A DNA stretch of 64,000 bases. Origin: Stegostoma tigrinum (lineage: Eukaryota). The stretch lies in the NCBI RefSeq assembly GCF_030684315.1, contig NC_081354.1, forward strand, positions 148,262,730-148,326,729, written 5' to 3'. A model generated the notes under the pieces. That model made no database searches and was not told where the DNA came from. It saw nothing but the letters and a program-made list of their open reading frames with translations. The position numbers and the translations under genes were made by a program. This document shows positions 11,714-24,298 of the stretch, piece after piece (the stretch's first letter is position 1; each line of letters opens with the position of its first letter).

Positions 11714-13655
11714 GATACTTGCACTGTTCTCTGGTTTTATTATGCAGCATGTTTCTACCTGATCACATTCAAGCCAGGTGATAATTCTAAATTATGTTGT
11801 TTTTAAAAACAATCAGCTGTATCAGACTACAGGAAACAAATTCATTACTGCTGCTTAAAATTCATGGTTTGAACTGCAAATTCTGTTTTTGTGCATCAGG
11901 CTCAGTTATAAACGGAACTGTGCAGAATTTGTATAACTACGAAACTATTTGGAGATTTAAAAATAATCCCATGTGTGAGATTTGGTGCGAACTATAAGAA
12001 TGCAAAATGCAATTCTTTTTCGGCTGATAAAGTGGTCAGGTAACACTTGAACCAAAGCAAGAGGCATTTCATTGAAATATGTTACAATTGTAGTTAGCAC
12101 CAGAAACAATAATCGAATTATTTTGTTTCTAATGGTACATTGTTTCTGTAAAGTACAAGGAACTGCCTTAGTATATAACGATGTCAGCTTTAATTCATTT
12201 TCCAACTTATGAATTGCAACTGGAAGGTGCGAATTGTTTTGTAGCCAACTATGACAGCCGTTTTGCACACACAATCCCACAAACAGAAATGAAAGTTAAT
12301 TGGTGGTGTTGCTTGAGGGAGTTGTAATGGCCAGAATTTTGAGGGAACTGCCTTCAAATAAGACCTTATTTTTCACAGAGCTAAACCATTAGATTGGGCC
12401 TCACTTTAACGTCTTATCCAAGTTAAACCTCTGTTGCACAGGTCCCTTGATATCACACTAAGTGATGTGCTTCCCCTAAACCACGATTTTGGCGTTTGAA
12501 TAAATGGATAACTTTTCCATTTGAGTGCGATATTTTAAAATGAATGTAAAACTTTGCATGCAATGAGGAAAAACTAAGAAGCCAAGAAGCTTATGTTTAG
12601 TTTTTTTTGTCATACTGCAGGTCTTTGCAAATTGGTAATCAGGCACTAGACCTTTCATTCCCATACTGTACAACACAAATGTATGAATTTCCATCTGGAG
12701 GGAGGGACCATTTCATTGCTGATAGGGTCACTGTCACAGCAATTAGTCCTGATTATCCAATTAGTAATTTTGATCTACTTGAATTCAATTCATAATAAGC
12801 AACAGGAAAATTCCTCAGAAATACTTTGCACATGAGGAAGGGCAGGGAAAATGCCATTTAGCACATAAACATCAATGAATCACCCTTAATTCCCATCCTT
12901 TGTGTGGTTGTGCTTGCCCTGTTCCTCGATTTAGCCCTGCTACTGATCGTAGCATGTCAATAATGGCAGCAAGGATAAGTGCGCCATCCCCCAGTTTGGT
13001 TTGCCCTTTGCTGCCGGCTATGTGTACCTTGCCTTTCAGGTGAAAGTGAAGAGCGCCTGTGAGTGTTGTGCAATCTGTTTGCCTGCTATGGCTATTGTGA
13101 TTGAATATCGGAAGAGACTGAGCTGCAGATATGAATGTTAGACATAAGTCCTAAGTGAGAGATTGTTGCCAGATTGAAGGGAATTAGGAAGACTGAGCAT
13201 TGTCTGAAAATTGAGTGCAAGCCAGTTTGGTAGGATAGGGCACTTGAAGATGCCTTCATTGACCTTGAAGAGTGCTGTATATGTAATAGTGGCTAGTTTT
13301 AATTGGCTTTAATTAGTACAGACTGAATTTACCTGCAGCTAGTTTCAGTTTTGGACTGCGGGACTTTGGAAGTGTGCTGTTATTCCACAACATGGCTACT
13401 GCTGTTCACAAACTACAATCATAGGAACTAACAAGTAATGCAAAGCTAAGGTGTTGTTTACTTCAGAAGCCACACATGCTGGCAGATTCCAAATCACAAT
13501 CTCTCGGCTTGCTTTTGGGAACCATCAAATTTACGGCTTCTTTCTACTTGGATTAGAATATTTACAAGAAAGGCAGTTTTGAGTATCTCACCCAATTTAA
13601 TCACACACATCTCTGTCTATAAGTGTGAGGCTGGAAAAGTACAGCAGTCGGCTTT

Positions 13656-14806
13656 GTGAGGGGCAGGTCATGCCTCACAAACCTTATCGAGTTCTTTGAG
13701 GATGTGACTAGAAAAGTTGATGAGGGTCGAGCTGTGGATGTGGTGTATCTGGACTTCAGTAAGGCATTTGATAAGGTTCCCCATGGTAGGCTCATTCAGA
13801 AGGTCAGGAGGAATGGGATACAGGAGAAATTAGCTGCTTGGATACAGAATTGGCTGGCCAACAGAAGACAGCGAGTGGTAGTAGAAGGAAAATATTCTGC
13901 CTGGAAGTCAGTGGTGAGTGGTGTTCCACAGGGCTCTGTCCTTGGGCCTCTACTGTTTGTAATTTTTATTAATGACTTGGATGAGGGGATTGAAGGATGG
14001 GTCAGCAAGTTTGCAGACGACACGAAGGTTGGAGGTGTTGTTGACAGTATAGAGAGCTGTTGTAGGCTGCAGCGGGACATTGACAGGATGCAGAGATGGG
14101 CTGAGAGGTGGCAGATGGAGTTCAACCTGGATAAATGTGAGGTGATGCATTTTGGAAGGTTGAATTTGAAAGCTGAGTACAGGATTAAGGATAGGATTCT
14201 TGGCAGAGTGGAGGAACAGAGGGATCTTGGTGTGCAGATACATAGATCCCTTAAAATGGCCACCCAAGTGAACAGGGTTGTTAAGAAAGCATATGGTGTT
14301 TTGGCTTTCATTAACAGGGGGATTGAGTTTAAGAGTCGTGAGATCTTGTTGCAGCTCCATAAAACTTTGGTTAGACCACACTTGGAATACTGCGTCCAGT
14401 TCTGGTCGCTCTATTATAGGAAAGATGTGGATGCTTTGGAGAGGGTTCAGGGGAGGTTTACCAGGATGCTGCCTGGACCGGAGTGTTTATCTTATGACGA
14501 GACGGAGCTCGGACATTTTCATTGGAGAAAAGGAGGAGGAGAGGGGACCTAATTGAGGTATACAAGATAATGAGAGACATAAATAGAGTTGATAGCCAGA
14601 GACTATTTGCCAGGGCAGAAAAGGCTAACACGAGGGATCATAGTTTTAAGCTGGTTGGCGGAAAGTATAGAGGGGATGTCAGAGGCGGATTCTTTACACA
14701 GACAGTTGTGAGAGCATGGAATGCATTGCCAGCAGCAGTTGTGGAAGCAAGGTCACTGGGGACATTTAAGAGACTGTTGGACATGCATATGGTCACAGAA
14801 ATTTGA
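13656..14806 (+). pseudogene. CR1 ORF2 reverse transcriptase fragment (298-aa open stretch, frameshift near 14500)
   Basis: Motifs [57 protein letters not shown]; continues in another frame as RRRGDLIEVYK...WNALP. No endonuclease domain or true start. Confidence 0.95.
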
Positions 14807-14860
14807 GGGTGCATACATGAGGATCAATGGTCGGCACAACATCATGGGCTGAAGGGCCTG

Positions 14861-15457
14861 AAGTGCCACAATGATGCCACCGGAAGGTTGCAGGAACAGC
14901 AACTCATATTCCGCTTGGGAACCCTGCAGCCCAATGGTATCAATGTGGACTTCACCAGCTTCAAAATCTCCCCTTCCCCCACTGCATCCCAAAACCAACC
15001 CAGCTCATCCCCTCCCCCCACTGCACCACACAACCAGCCCAGCTCTTCCCCTCCACCCACTGCATCCCAAAACCAGTCCAACCTGTCTCTGCCTCCCTAA
15101 CCTGTTCTTCCTCTCACCCATCCCTTCCTCCCACCCCAAGCCACACCTCCATTTCCTACCTACTAACCTCATCCCACCTCTTTGACCTGTCCGTCTTCCC
15201 TGGACTGACCTATCCCCTCGCTACCTCCCCACCTGTACTCTCCTCTCCCCCTATCTTCTTTTCTCTCCATCTTCGGTCCGCCTCCCCCTCTCTCCCTATT
15301 TATTCCAGAACCCTCACCCCATCCCCATCTCTGATGAAGGGTCTAGGCCCGAAACGTCAGCTTTTGTGCTCCTGAGATGCTGCTTGGCCTGCTGTGTTCA
15401 TCCAACCTCACATTTTATTATCTTGGATTCTCCAGCATCTGCAGTTCCCATTATCAC
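14861..15457 (+). mobile_element. PLE family A copy inserted in CR1 3' UTR, 16-bp TSD
   Basis: TGGGCTGAAGGGCCTG at 14845-14860 and 15458-15473; encodes QEQQLIFRLGTLQPNGINVDF; three ~39-bp internal tandem units. Confidence 0.9.
15331..15358 (+). ncRNA. Minimal hammerhead ribozyme motif (family A, intact core)
   Basis: CTGATGA-A-GGG-TCTAGG-CCC-GAAA-CG-TC. Confidence 0.75.
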
Positions 15458-18329
15458 TGGGCTGAAGGGCCTGTTCTGTGCTGTACTGTTCTATGTTCTA
15501 TAACATCTCAGGAGCAGGAAAGTCAATGTTTCAGGCCAAAACCCTTCGTCCAGACTTCGGCCCAAAATGTTGGCTTTCCTGCTCCTCGTATGCTCTCTGA
15601 CCTGCTGTGCTTTTCCGGCTTCTCACCTATAGCCTCTGGCTTCCAGCACCTGCAGTCCTTATTGTTTCCTAAATTGCACTTATTGCAAGTTTCTGGAATG
15701 AACATAATTTCTTGGTGAAACATAATCTTTCGGATTGCAAGTGAAAGACCCAGACAGATCGATGGTAAATAAGTAGGGTAAAAGCCCAAGTAATTTAAAA
15801 ACATTTTGATCTGAAAACCAGATTATTTAATCAAGCGCTGTATCGTTTCTGAAGGAGGAATGTTGAGTCTCTGAGAGTGAATGGAATGCGATATGGTTCA
15901 CTGCATTTCTGTTGCTGCATTAGAGTTTCATTTGGGATCAGTTTCCTTTATCTGGAGTCAGCTGCACTCCAATGAGCATTGCATGGATGTCGCCAAACAT
16001 CTGAGCACAAGTCAGTTGTTGTGATTTTGTTCTCTTGCCCGTATTTCAATGAAACGTGCTGATCACAGGCAGCCAATTCACAATCAAGTGCATGGTTGGC
16101 AGCATTTCAGCTGTGGTGTAGTACTGAGCTATACTCAACAAAGGAGAACATTGTTTTTTTTTGTTGGCCACCAGGATGATTTTTTTTTGATTTATGCATA
16201 GCAGCTGAAAGAAAAGAATAACTAATGAATTGACAAATAATTTATCAGAATATCCTTCCTCACTTAGTGTTAGTAGGATTATGAGTCTGGTTTCCTTTTC
16301 AATGCCTGTTCTTCCAAACAAGTTGTTATGATGTCCTTGTAAATATGGAGAAAGTAGTAAACATCTTAATCAAAATTAAATGGTAGTGTCTGGCCCAGTG
16401 ACACTGGCCAGATGTACAGAATTAGGTTGGCAGGGGAGTGTTGCTGAAGACTAGAATGCTAGGACATTGTTTCCATTTATAATTTTGTATTTTCTATGTT
16501 TGTAGTATAGGTTCCAAGTGCTAGTAAGGAGTCACTTTTATGTCCTCTATTAACACAACAATGTTAATACCATAGATCATACTCTATAGCTCATCCCACT
16601 TTTCCAGGTTCCAAAAATCGTGTTTCTGTACATGCACAGAATATAGGTTCACCAACCCCATCACTCAAAGTGACATATTGTTACTCCCATTAGCAGTATG
16701 TGGCAATTTTACACCCCAGTGATAATGATTTACATATTTGTATCTTTATAATTGGGCATAAGGGCTCAAATGATACAAGCTGTAATACCAAACAGATCTG
16801 CTGAATTTTAAGACATGCCTATGTGGAACAGACAACAATTTGGTGAATCTTGAAAAGAAATTATTCATCCAACAAAATGAATGAAAATATGAAGCCAGTT
16901 TCCAAGCTGAAAGTCGTACTGTTTGTTAGCTTGTCAAGCATTGGTGCTGCTGCAAGGGAATTTAGTGTTATTGAAAAGCTAGTGCAGGAATGACAAAATA
17001 ACGCCCAAGACCAAAAGTACCATCAAAACAGGGAGCAGATACTAGCATCCTACATGTTGCAACATTTCAGGGTTTGCACAGGGACTGTTTCAGAAGTCAG
17101 TCTGCTCCACTCTTAGGAGTTAACTTTTCACCTATGTATTGCTCGCAGTTGTTAAAAACAAGTGTTGTCCTCAAGTTAATGTGTTTGAAAGTAATTCTGA
17201 TTTGTCATCATGATAATCATAATTTTCAAAAATAAAAATGCGGTTAAGCCAAGTTGTCCAACATTTGTTGTTCAATTTTCATTTGGGCTCCTCAACGAAT
17301 GATTCAACTATAGTGTTCATTCCAAATGGGATTGGTGGATATTGAGGGAAAAAATTCACAGGAAGTGGAAATGTTATCTTGCTACCCGGGCTGATACTTT
17401 GTGTGATCTCATTGTGAAATCATGGAATGCTTTCAATGCAGAGTGTCATTAGATCATTCGAAAACACAGATTACACAATGTAGGGAACAGTGTTTTGTTC
17501 TCGCAGGGTGATTGATGCCTGTTATGGATGGCGAGAGGTGGTCAGGATATCTTTTCCCCCTTTTGCTCATCTCACAGCTGAGTTCAACATAGTCTATTTT
17601 TGAGAAGGTATGTTTTAACTGGTTTGAGTGCTGTTATGTTAACGAAGGGACAAAAACATGCTCTGTTATAAATTTAAATCAAAATGGATTCATACTTATT
17701 CTCCCAATATCCATAATATAAATGCAACAAAACACCTATGGACTAAATCTGTAAACATACATAAAAAGCAAATAAGATTGCTATATATGTACCATATACT
17801 TAGATTACTAAGAGAGTAACAGGGAAAAAGGTTATTTTTTTTAACAAGTCCTTTAAGATGCATGTTGAAAAATAACATTGGCCTGAAAGGTTCGCTCTTG
17901 GTTCCTTGGAGATAAATCAACATGGAGGTTCCTAGCTTTTACAGGCAAAATTGTAGCTGAATTCCTGCTGTGAAGAAGTGTTGAAAGTAAGGTAAGTAAG
18001 GCATGACTGATTTCTTGAAATAACTTTTTTTTTGTTTTAAGCAGCATTTCTCTTTCCACCCGACATGGTCCCTCACCGCTACATATGCTGGCTTGCTGAA
18101 TCCCCTTGTGGAGTAATAAAGTGTCAATCCATGTTCCTATCCATCTGCTTTCTGTCATGTGATGGTAATTTCATTAGATCCCTTAGTCCGTGTATTGTGT
18201 TCGTCCCAAAGTGATTACCCTAGTTTGGGGTTGTGTGTTGAGGATGAGGAGGTTGAGAGAGAGGGTGGTGTGGAATCATTAGATATTTCATAAACATATC
18301 AAAAATGGTATTTATGGCCTGTATTATCC

Positions 18330-18560
18330 ATTCCAAAGTTATGGGAATCACTGGAAAGGCCAGGATTTATTGGCTATTCCTCATTGACCTGGAGAAGGTG
18401 TTGGTGAGTTGTCTTCTTGAACTGCTATAGGTTTTGGTGTAAGGGCACCAGCAGAACCATTAGGAAGGGAGTTCCAGCATTTACTCCAGCAGCACTGCAT
18501 GGCTTTGGAGAGGAACTTGCAGGTAGGTAGTAATCCTATGTTGCTCTTGTCCTTCCAGCA
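18330..18560 (-). mobile_element. L2/Crack-like LINE 3' end
   Basis: Minus peptide SKCWNSLPNGS; homologous to 4055 and 18935. Confidence 0.6.
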
Positions 18561-18744
18561 GAATGTAGAAATTGTAGAAGTCTGAGATGCATAAGGATCT
18601 GTGTGTGCTTGTGTATGATGCACAAAGGCTAATTTGCTGTTCAAGGAAAGAATTGAAAGACTATTGTCCTTTGAAAGTGAAAATGAATTTTAAAAAAAGT
18701 AGCCAGGCTATGCATCATTTATACAAGACATCAGTCAGACCACT

Positions 18745-18910
18745 TTTTATTTTCATTCAAGAGATGAGGGCATGGCTGGAAAGGCCAGCATATATAACAC
18801 ATATCCAATTTTCCAGAGGGCACTTGGGAAAGAACCATATTGCTGTGTGTGTGGAATCACAGATCGGTCGGACTAGGTAAGGATGGCAGTTTTCCTTTCC
18901 TAAAGGACAT
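18745..18910 (-). mobile_element. Deu-type SINE 3' half
   Basis: Reverse complement of tcctttaggaaaggaaaactgccatccttacc...; homologous to 46075 and 47670. Confidence 0.55.
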
Positions 18911-18934
18911 TCTTAAAAGCTTTCTTAAAAAAAA

Positions 18935-19272
18935 ATTGGGATGTGGGTGTCACTGGCTGGCCAGGATTTATTGCCTGTCACTAGTTGCTCTTGAGAAGGT
19001 GGCGGTGAGCTGCCTTCTTGAACCGCTGCAGTCCACCTGCTGTGGGTTGACCCACAATGATATTAGGGAGGGGATTTCAGGATTTTGGCCCAGCGACAGT
19101 GAAGGAACAGCAATATATTTTCAAGTCAAGACGGTGAGGAGCCTGGAGGAGAACTTGAAGGTGGTGGTGTTCCCATGCATCTTCTGTCCTTGCCTTTGAG
19201 ATGAAAGTGTTTGTGGGTTTGGGAAAGTGCTGTCTGAGGATCCTTGGTGAATTTCTGCAGTGCATATTGTAG
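18935..19272 (-). mobile_element. L2/Crack-like LINE 3' end
   Basis: Minus ORF ARTEDAWEHHHLQVLLQAPHRLDLKIYCCSFTVAGPKS. Confidence 0.75.
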
Positions 19273-19289
19273 ATAATAAGTGGTCATTC

Positions 19290-19512
19290 ATTTAAGACAG
19301 AACTGAGGAGATTTCTCTTTGGAACTCTTCTTCAAAAGTTGTTGGAAGCAGTGTATTTGAATATTTTTAAGGCAGGTGCAGATATTTTCTTGATAAGCCA
19401 GGGGTAAAAGTTGTCAGCTGGAGACAAGAATGTGGAGTTAACAGATTAGCCATGACTTTATTAAATGGCAGACAGGCTTGAGGGGGCAATGTTGTCCTCC
19501 TGCTCCTTATGT
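19290..19512 (+). mobile_element. CR1 3' end (old)
   Basis: atttaagacagaactgaggaga...tttttaaggcag...cagattagccatga...cctcctgctcct, similar to the 9112 copy. Confidence 0.65.
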
Positions 19513-19892
19513 GTGTGTTTGTCTGAATGTGATTCATTGCCATTTAATTAATCAGTGCAAGCTATCTCTAATTACCTGCCCATCAACTTGTCAATCAGAA
19601 TATACCATAGCAAAATCCCTAGCTTCTCAAACCAATCTTCATGGTAGTGACCCTCCAGTACTGATAACATATTAATGATTTTATGGTGTACCTTCTTCCA
19701 CTGCTTTCACATGTTTCTGTACAGAGATGTTCAAAGTTATTACACAATGCCTCATTTGATGATTGAGGTCTTGTGCAAGTTTAAAAACAAACCTCCTTTC
19801 TTTAGCTGGAGGCCCATGGTTTTCTGTGGACCTTGTGACAGACCTAAAGTTTAAATGGGAAATTTCCAAAACCGACACACTTTAGGATGGGA

Positions 19893-19979
19893 GATAATGG
19901 GAACTGCAGATGCTGGAGAATCCGAGATAACAAAATGTGGAGCTGGATGAACACAGCAGGCCAAGCAGCATCTTAGGAG
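19893..19979 (-). mobile_element. PLE family A terminal stub (87 bp) with 17-bp TSD
   Basis: CACACTTTAGGATGGGA at 19876-19892 and 19980-19996 flanks gataatgggaactgcagatgctgg...cttaggag. Confidence 0.85.
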
Positions 19980-20439
19980 CACACTTTAGGATGGGATGCC
20001 TTTTCATTTACAATTGCGAGATGTTTTGAACCTTATTTTGTGTAGGATAAAGGCGTATTCTACTTCTCATAAAAGATGTCATTTTACTGATTTAAGAAGG
20101 GCAATGAATCCTCCATATTCCAGTCAGTGTGACTTGCTCAAATAGTATTAATAAAACACAGTAGGTATTTATTTACCCATATCTTTTTCTTTTCTGTGAT
20201 TTTACTGAATGAAAGTTAGCTGCTGAGTTTGCCTGTATTACAAAAGTGATTGCAGATGTAGAATTCTTGTCAATTCTTGTGAATTGGTTTATGATGGTCT
20301 GTGAATGAGAAAGCTGCTAAGCGAGCTCAAATTATTTTACGAAGAAATTAAAGCCTCAGTCATTGTCCCAACCCACATAACTATTCTCCAGCTATGATCC
20401 TGAAGTAATTAGTCATATAATTTGGCAGTACGAATAAGC

Positions 20440-22355
20440 AGAGTCAATGTAAATCAAAAGATACAACTCTGACGAGGGTGTAGGGACAATGAAAATTGGG
20501 GATTCATATGCACAAATAATTGAAGGTGGCAGACCAGGTTCAGATAATGGTAAACAAAGTCATAGACTGTCCTAAGCCTTATAAGTTGAGGCACAAAGTA
20601 CAAAAACAAGGATTTGTTATGAACGGTAGCTGCAGTATGTCAGAACTGCTGGACACCAAAGTGATCCACAGTGAACATGTGTTTGCAGCTCAAACAACTT
20701 AGGATCAAATTTGAGGATCTAGAGTCCGAGCTGTGGACATTGGCTCCACATCAAGGTGGGAAAAGTTACTTGGATTGTTTGTTGGAAGTAATCACACCTC
20801 TTCGACCTAGTTTGAATTATCTAATATGTGATTGGGGACAGGATACTGAGACTATTTACAGACTCATGGGGTAGATTTCGAGGAGCCTTTGTCCCTGCAA
20901 TTGTACAACTGTTACAAGATTCTTGCAAACTGTGTGGATAACTGCAGGGAGGATTAGCAAACTGACCATGGTACTGCAATACAGGGACCATTCAGATTGA
21001 AGGAAAATATAGGAATGTAGTTGTGGTAGAGAACAGTATGTTTGCCGAGAACGATGCTGTTTTCTCCAGCCTGAGACCTGAAGTTTATATTATCTGCTGC
21101 CAGAGTTCAGGATATCTCCTCAGGGCGATAGAGAAAATTGGAGTGGCAGTGGAAGGATTAAGTTGTTGTTGTCCATGTTAGTCCTAACAATATTGATAAA
21201 ACTAGAAAGGATGTTCTGCTAAAAGATTTTGAACCTTTGGGAGCCGCATTGAAAAGCAGAACCTTCAAGATGATCTCAGGATTACTACCTGAGCCATGGG
21301 TAAACTGGCACAGAGTAAATAAAGTGAGTTTAAAAGAGTAAGGCTGAAACATTATTGTGGGAGAAGATTTCAGTTCATGGGACACTGGCTTCCATATTCA
21401 GGCCGAAAGCAGCTGTTCAGGTTAGGTGGGTTCACTTGAACTGTTCTGGGATTGGTGTCCTGTATAATCAGATAACTTGGGCCAGGAAGTGACAGAGTAT
21501 GCAAAGCATAAAAAGAAAAATGGCAATTAAGGTCAAAGGGGAAAGTGTAAGAAGGGAAAATTAATGGTTCTCTACAAATGTGTTTTAGATTCAACAACAT
21601 ATTTGTAAATGAATCAACTGTTCAAATAGTAGTTAATGAGTATAATCTTACTGAAACACAGTTTGAAGGAGATCAAAAATACGAACTACTTATGCAATGG
21701 TAAGTGACTTTTTGAAAGGATGGCCGGGAAAAGAAGTATAGTGGGGTAGCTTTGTTAGTAGGCGAAGCATAAGTGGAATAGCAGGAAATAGTGTAGGATC
21801 AAATTACATTATATCTGTATGGAAGGAAGTAATGAAGAGAAGAAGATACTGATGGAATAATCTATGGCCCCTAGTAGCTGTTCTGTAGGACACATAATAA
21901 ATCAGGTAGGCGGGTATGTAAAAAAGACTGTAGTATGATCATAATTTTCTTGTAAAATAGAAAAGTTTAATTTGACAAAAGTAGCCACAAGGAGGAATTT
22001 ATAGAATTTTCTTTGACAGTTTCTTAGAGCAATATGTTGCAGATCAAACCAGGGAAAAGGCTGCTTTGGATCTGAACATATGCATATTGAAGCAAGATTA
22101 ATAAGTGTTGTGACTATAAAAGATCTTCTTGGGAGCAGTGACATCAGCAGAATAGAATTTAGCATTCTGCTTGTGTGGGAGAAAGTTGGGTCAGATGCAA
22201 CCATGTTAAACTTAAATAATTACATAGGGATGACAGCAGACTTGACTGAAATGGACTAGGAAAGGAGTTTAACAGAATATGCATTTGAGGAACAATAGAA
22301 GATATTTAAGAAAGTAAGTCATAACTTAGAGCAAAGACCTATCCCAGTGAGTAAG
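20440..22355 (+). mobile_element. Highly degenerate CR1 material incl. ORF1 (coiled-coil + SGNH esterase) and ORF2 AP-endonuclease
   Basis: Peptide remnants CLQLKQLRIKFEDLESELWTL..GGKSYLD, VVVHVSPNNI (GTND block), MISGLLPEP, then TET, GVALLV and LGSSD motifs. Confidence 0.65.
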
Positions 22356-22619
22356 ATGGCAATTTTCCAAATAGCAGAGAAGGAAAGCATGATGATCTTA
22401 TGGTACTGTCCTCGACTCTGAGCTAGAAGCTTGTATTCAAATTTCACTCCAGGACTTAATGGCCTAGAAATGTCTGTTCATAATGTGACCAAGGAGCTTG
22501 ATGTTGCAATCCTTCCAATGTCTGTCACTGGCAGGCAGAAAGAGAAGTTGAGAGTCGTGATTGGAATTCCCACTGTTGCCATTCATGGGTTCCAGCCTAC
22601 AACATGCATGTTTCATAGG

Positions 22620-23605
22620 ATGTGAATACCATTGGTTGCTCAAGCATTTATTGCCCATGCTTAATTGCCCTGAAGAGGTAATGGTGAGCTGTCTTCTTTA
22701 AACACTGCAGTCCTTAGGATATACAGGCACCCACAGTCCTGTTAGGGAGGGAGTTGCAGAACTTTGACCTAGTCACGATAAAGGAATGTGTGATATTATT
22801 CTGAGTGAGAACAGCATATGGCTGAGTGTGAAATTTGTAGATGGTGTTGTTCTCATGTATCTGCTATCTTTGACTGTCAAGGTTGTAAAATTCGTGGGCT
22901 TGAAAGGCACATTCAGTGTATCTTGTAGCTGCTACAAACTGTTACCACTTTATACAGTGGCGCAGGGAGTGTTGAAGGTGGTGGAGTGGGTGCCAATAAA
23001 GTTGTCTATTCTGGATGATTTAAAGCTTCTTGAGTATGTTAGGAGCCACTCACATCCAGGTAATGAGAAATATTCCATCACAGTTCTGATGTGTGCCTTG
23101 TAGATGGTGGACAGGATTTGGAGTTTCAGGAGGTGAGTCACTACTGAACTGTTGGCTTCTGACCTGCTCTTGTAGTTACTCTACTTAAGTGGTTAGTCCA
23201 GTTCAGTTTCTGGTCAATGATAACCCTAGAATGTTGACAGTAAGAGATTCAATAATAATGCCTTTGAATGGCATGGGCAACAGATGTAATCCCTGCTGAA
23301 TAATTCCTGCATTGATGTGCTGGGGATCAGATGATCGACCTCCAACAACCACAGCCATCTTCCTCTGTGCCAATAGAGAGTTTCCCACTTGATTCCCAAC
23401 AGCTCAAGTTTGACCAGGGCTCTTTGATGCCATAATCAGAAGAATGCTGCCTTGATATTGAGGACAGTTGTTCTCATCTGATCTCTGGAATTCAGCTGTT
23501 TTCTCCATGTTTGGACCAAGACTTAATGAGGTCATAAGTTGAATGGTTTGGAAACCCAAATTAAGTATGAGTGGGCAGGTTACTCATTTGCAAGTACAGC
23601 TTGTC
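22620..23605 (-). mobile_element. L2/Crack-like LINE ORF2 3' fragment
   Basis: Minus ORFs LSTIYKAHIRTVMEYFSL and LAQRKMAVVVGGRSS. Confidence 0.75.
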
Positions 23606-24204
23606 AAACCAACAAACCTTGGCTTGCACTTTTAAGGAAGAAGGCATGTAAAATATAGACGTTACCGAAGGCTGTAGGGCAAATTGAAAGGGTTTTTGTT
23701 CTTTGCCTCATATACACATTCTGACCCAGATCCAATTTAGTAGTGCTCTCCTAACTTTCTAATCTCAGGCAGACTTTAACATGGATTCATAAAACATGCT
23801 TGAAAAATGTTACAATTCAAGTAGTATAACCTAGTTTACTAAGAAGCCCACTTTAAAGATTGATCCATGATTTTAATATATAGTGTTTTAGAGAGTGATT
23901 GGTGTGAAGTATTTGACACTGGACTCAATTATTAATTCATTCAATAACAAAATCTAATTTAAAAATGACGCAATATTTATTGTTATATAAAAGATATATC
24001 TTCACAAGTTGTGTTAAATAGTCAAAAGATAATATTTCAAGCAATAGTTATTATCTTTGGAGAAGGTGGGACCTACATGTTAACCCCAGGGTGCAGGAAT
24101 CAAACTTACACTATTGGAAGAGTTCTGCTCTGTAAGCTAGCAGTCCAGCCAACTGAACTAACCAACTGCTCGGGCAAAAGTACATGGCTAATACAAATGT
24201 GTGA

Positions 24205-24298
24205 GTGATAATGGGAACTGCAGATGCTGGAGAATCCAAGATAATAAAATGTGATGCTGGATGAACACAGCAGGCCCAGCAGCATCTCAGGAGCACAA
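24205..24298 (-). mobile_element. PLE family A terminal stub
   Basis: gtgataatgggaactgcagatgctggagaatccaagataataaaatgtg...caggagcaca; no clear TSD. Confidence 0.85.

Larger units (their letters stand above)
13652..15501 (+). mobile_element. CR1-clade LINE, 5'-truncated, relatively young; 3' UTR interrupted by a PLE
   Basis: RT domain, C-terminus and tail (ctgtactgttctatgttctata); the 3' UTR resumes after the PLE at 15458. Confidence 0.95.
13620..15670. mobile_element. Small fold-back PLE-terminus element split by the CR1 insertion (arms 13620-13651 and 15502-15670)
   Basis: gtgtgaggctggaaaagtacagcag on the left is complementary to ctgctgtgcttttccggcttctcac at ~15602-15626; an internal inverted caggagcaggaaag/ctttcctgctcc pair is also present. 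Confidence 0.6.

Noticed and set aside
11100-11740. TSD for the family A copy at 11160
   Set aside because: The flanks share only scrambled short words (tacttg, tgttctct, ggtttt), not a clean duplication, so it was not counted.
13656-14552. 298-aa ORF as a functional host gene or prokaryotic RT system (retron, group II intron, DGR)
   Set aside because: Motifs and 3' tail are those of a 5'-truncated CR1 LINE; it has no true start or endonuclease and frameshifts near 14500.
17578-17607. 30-nt candidate exon (ctcacag|...gagaag|gtatgt)
   Set aside because: Stop codons in all three frames and no other support.
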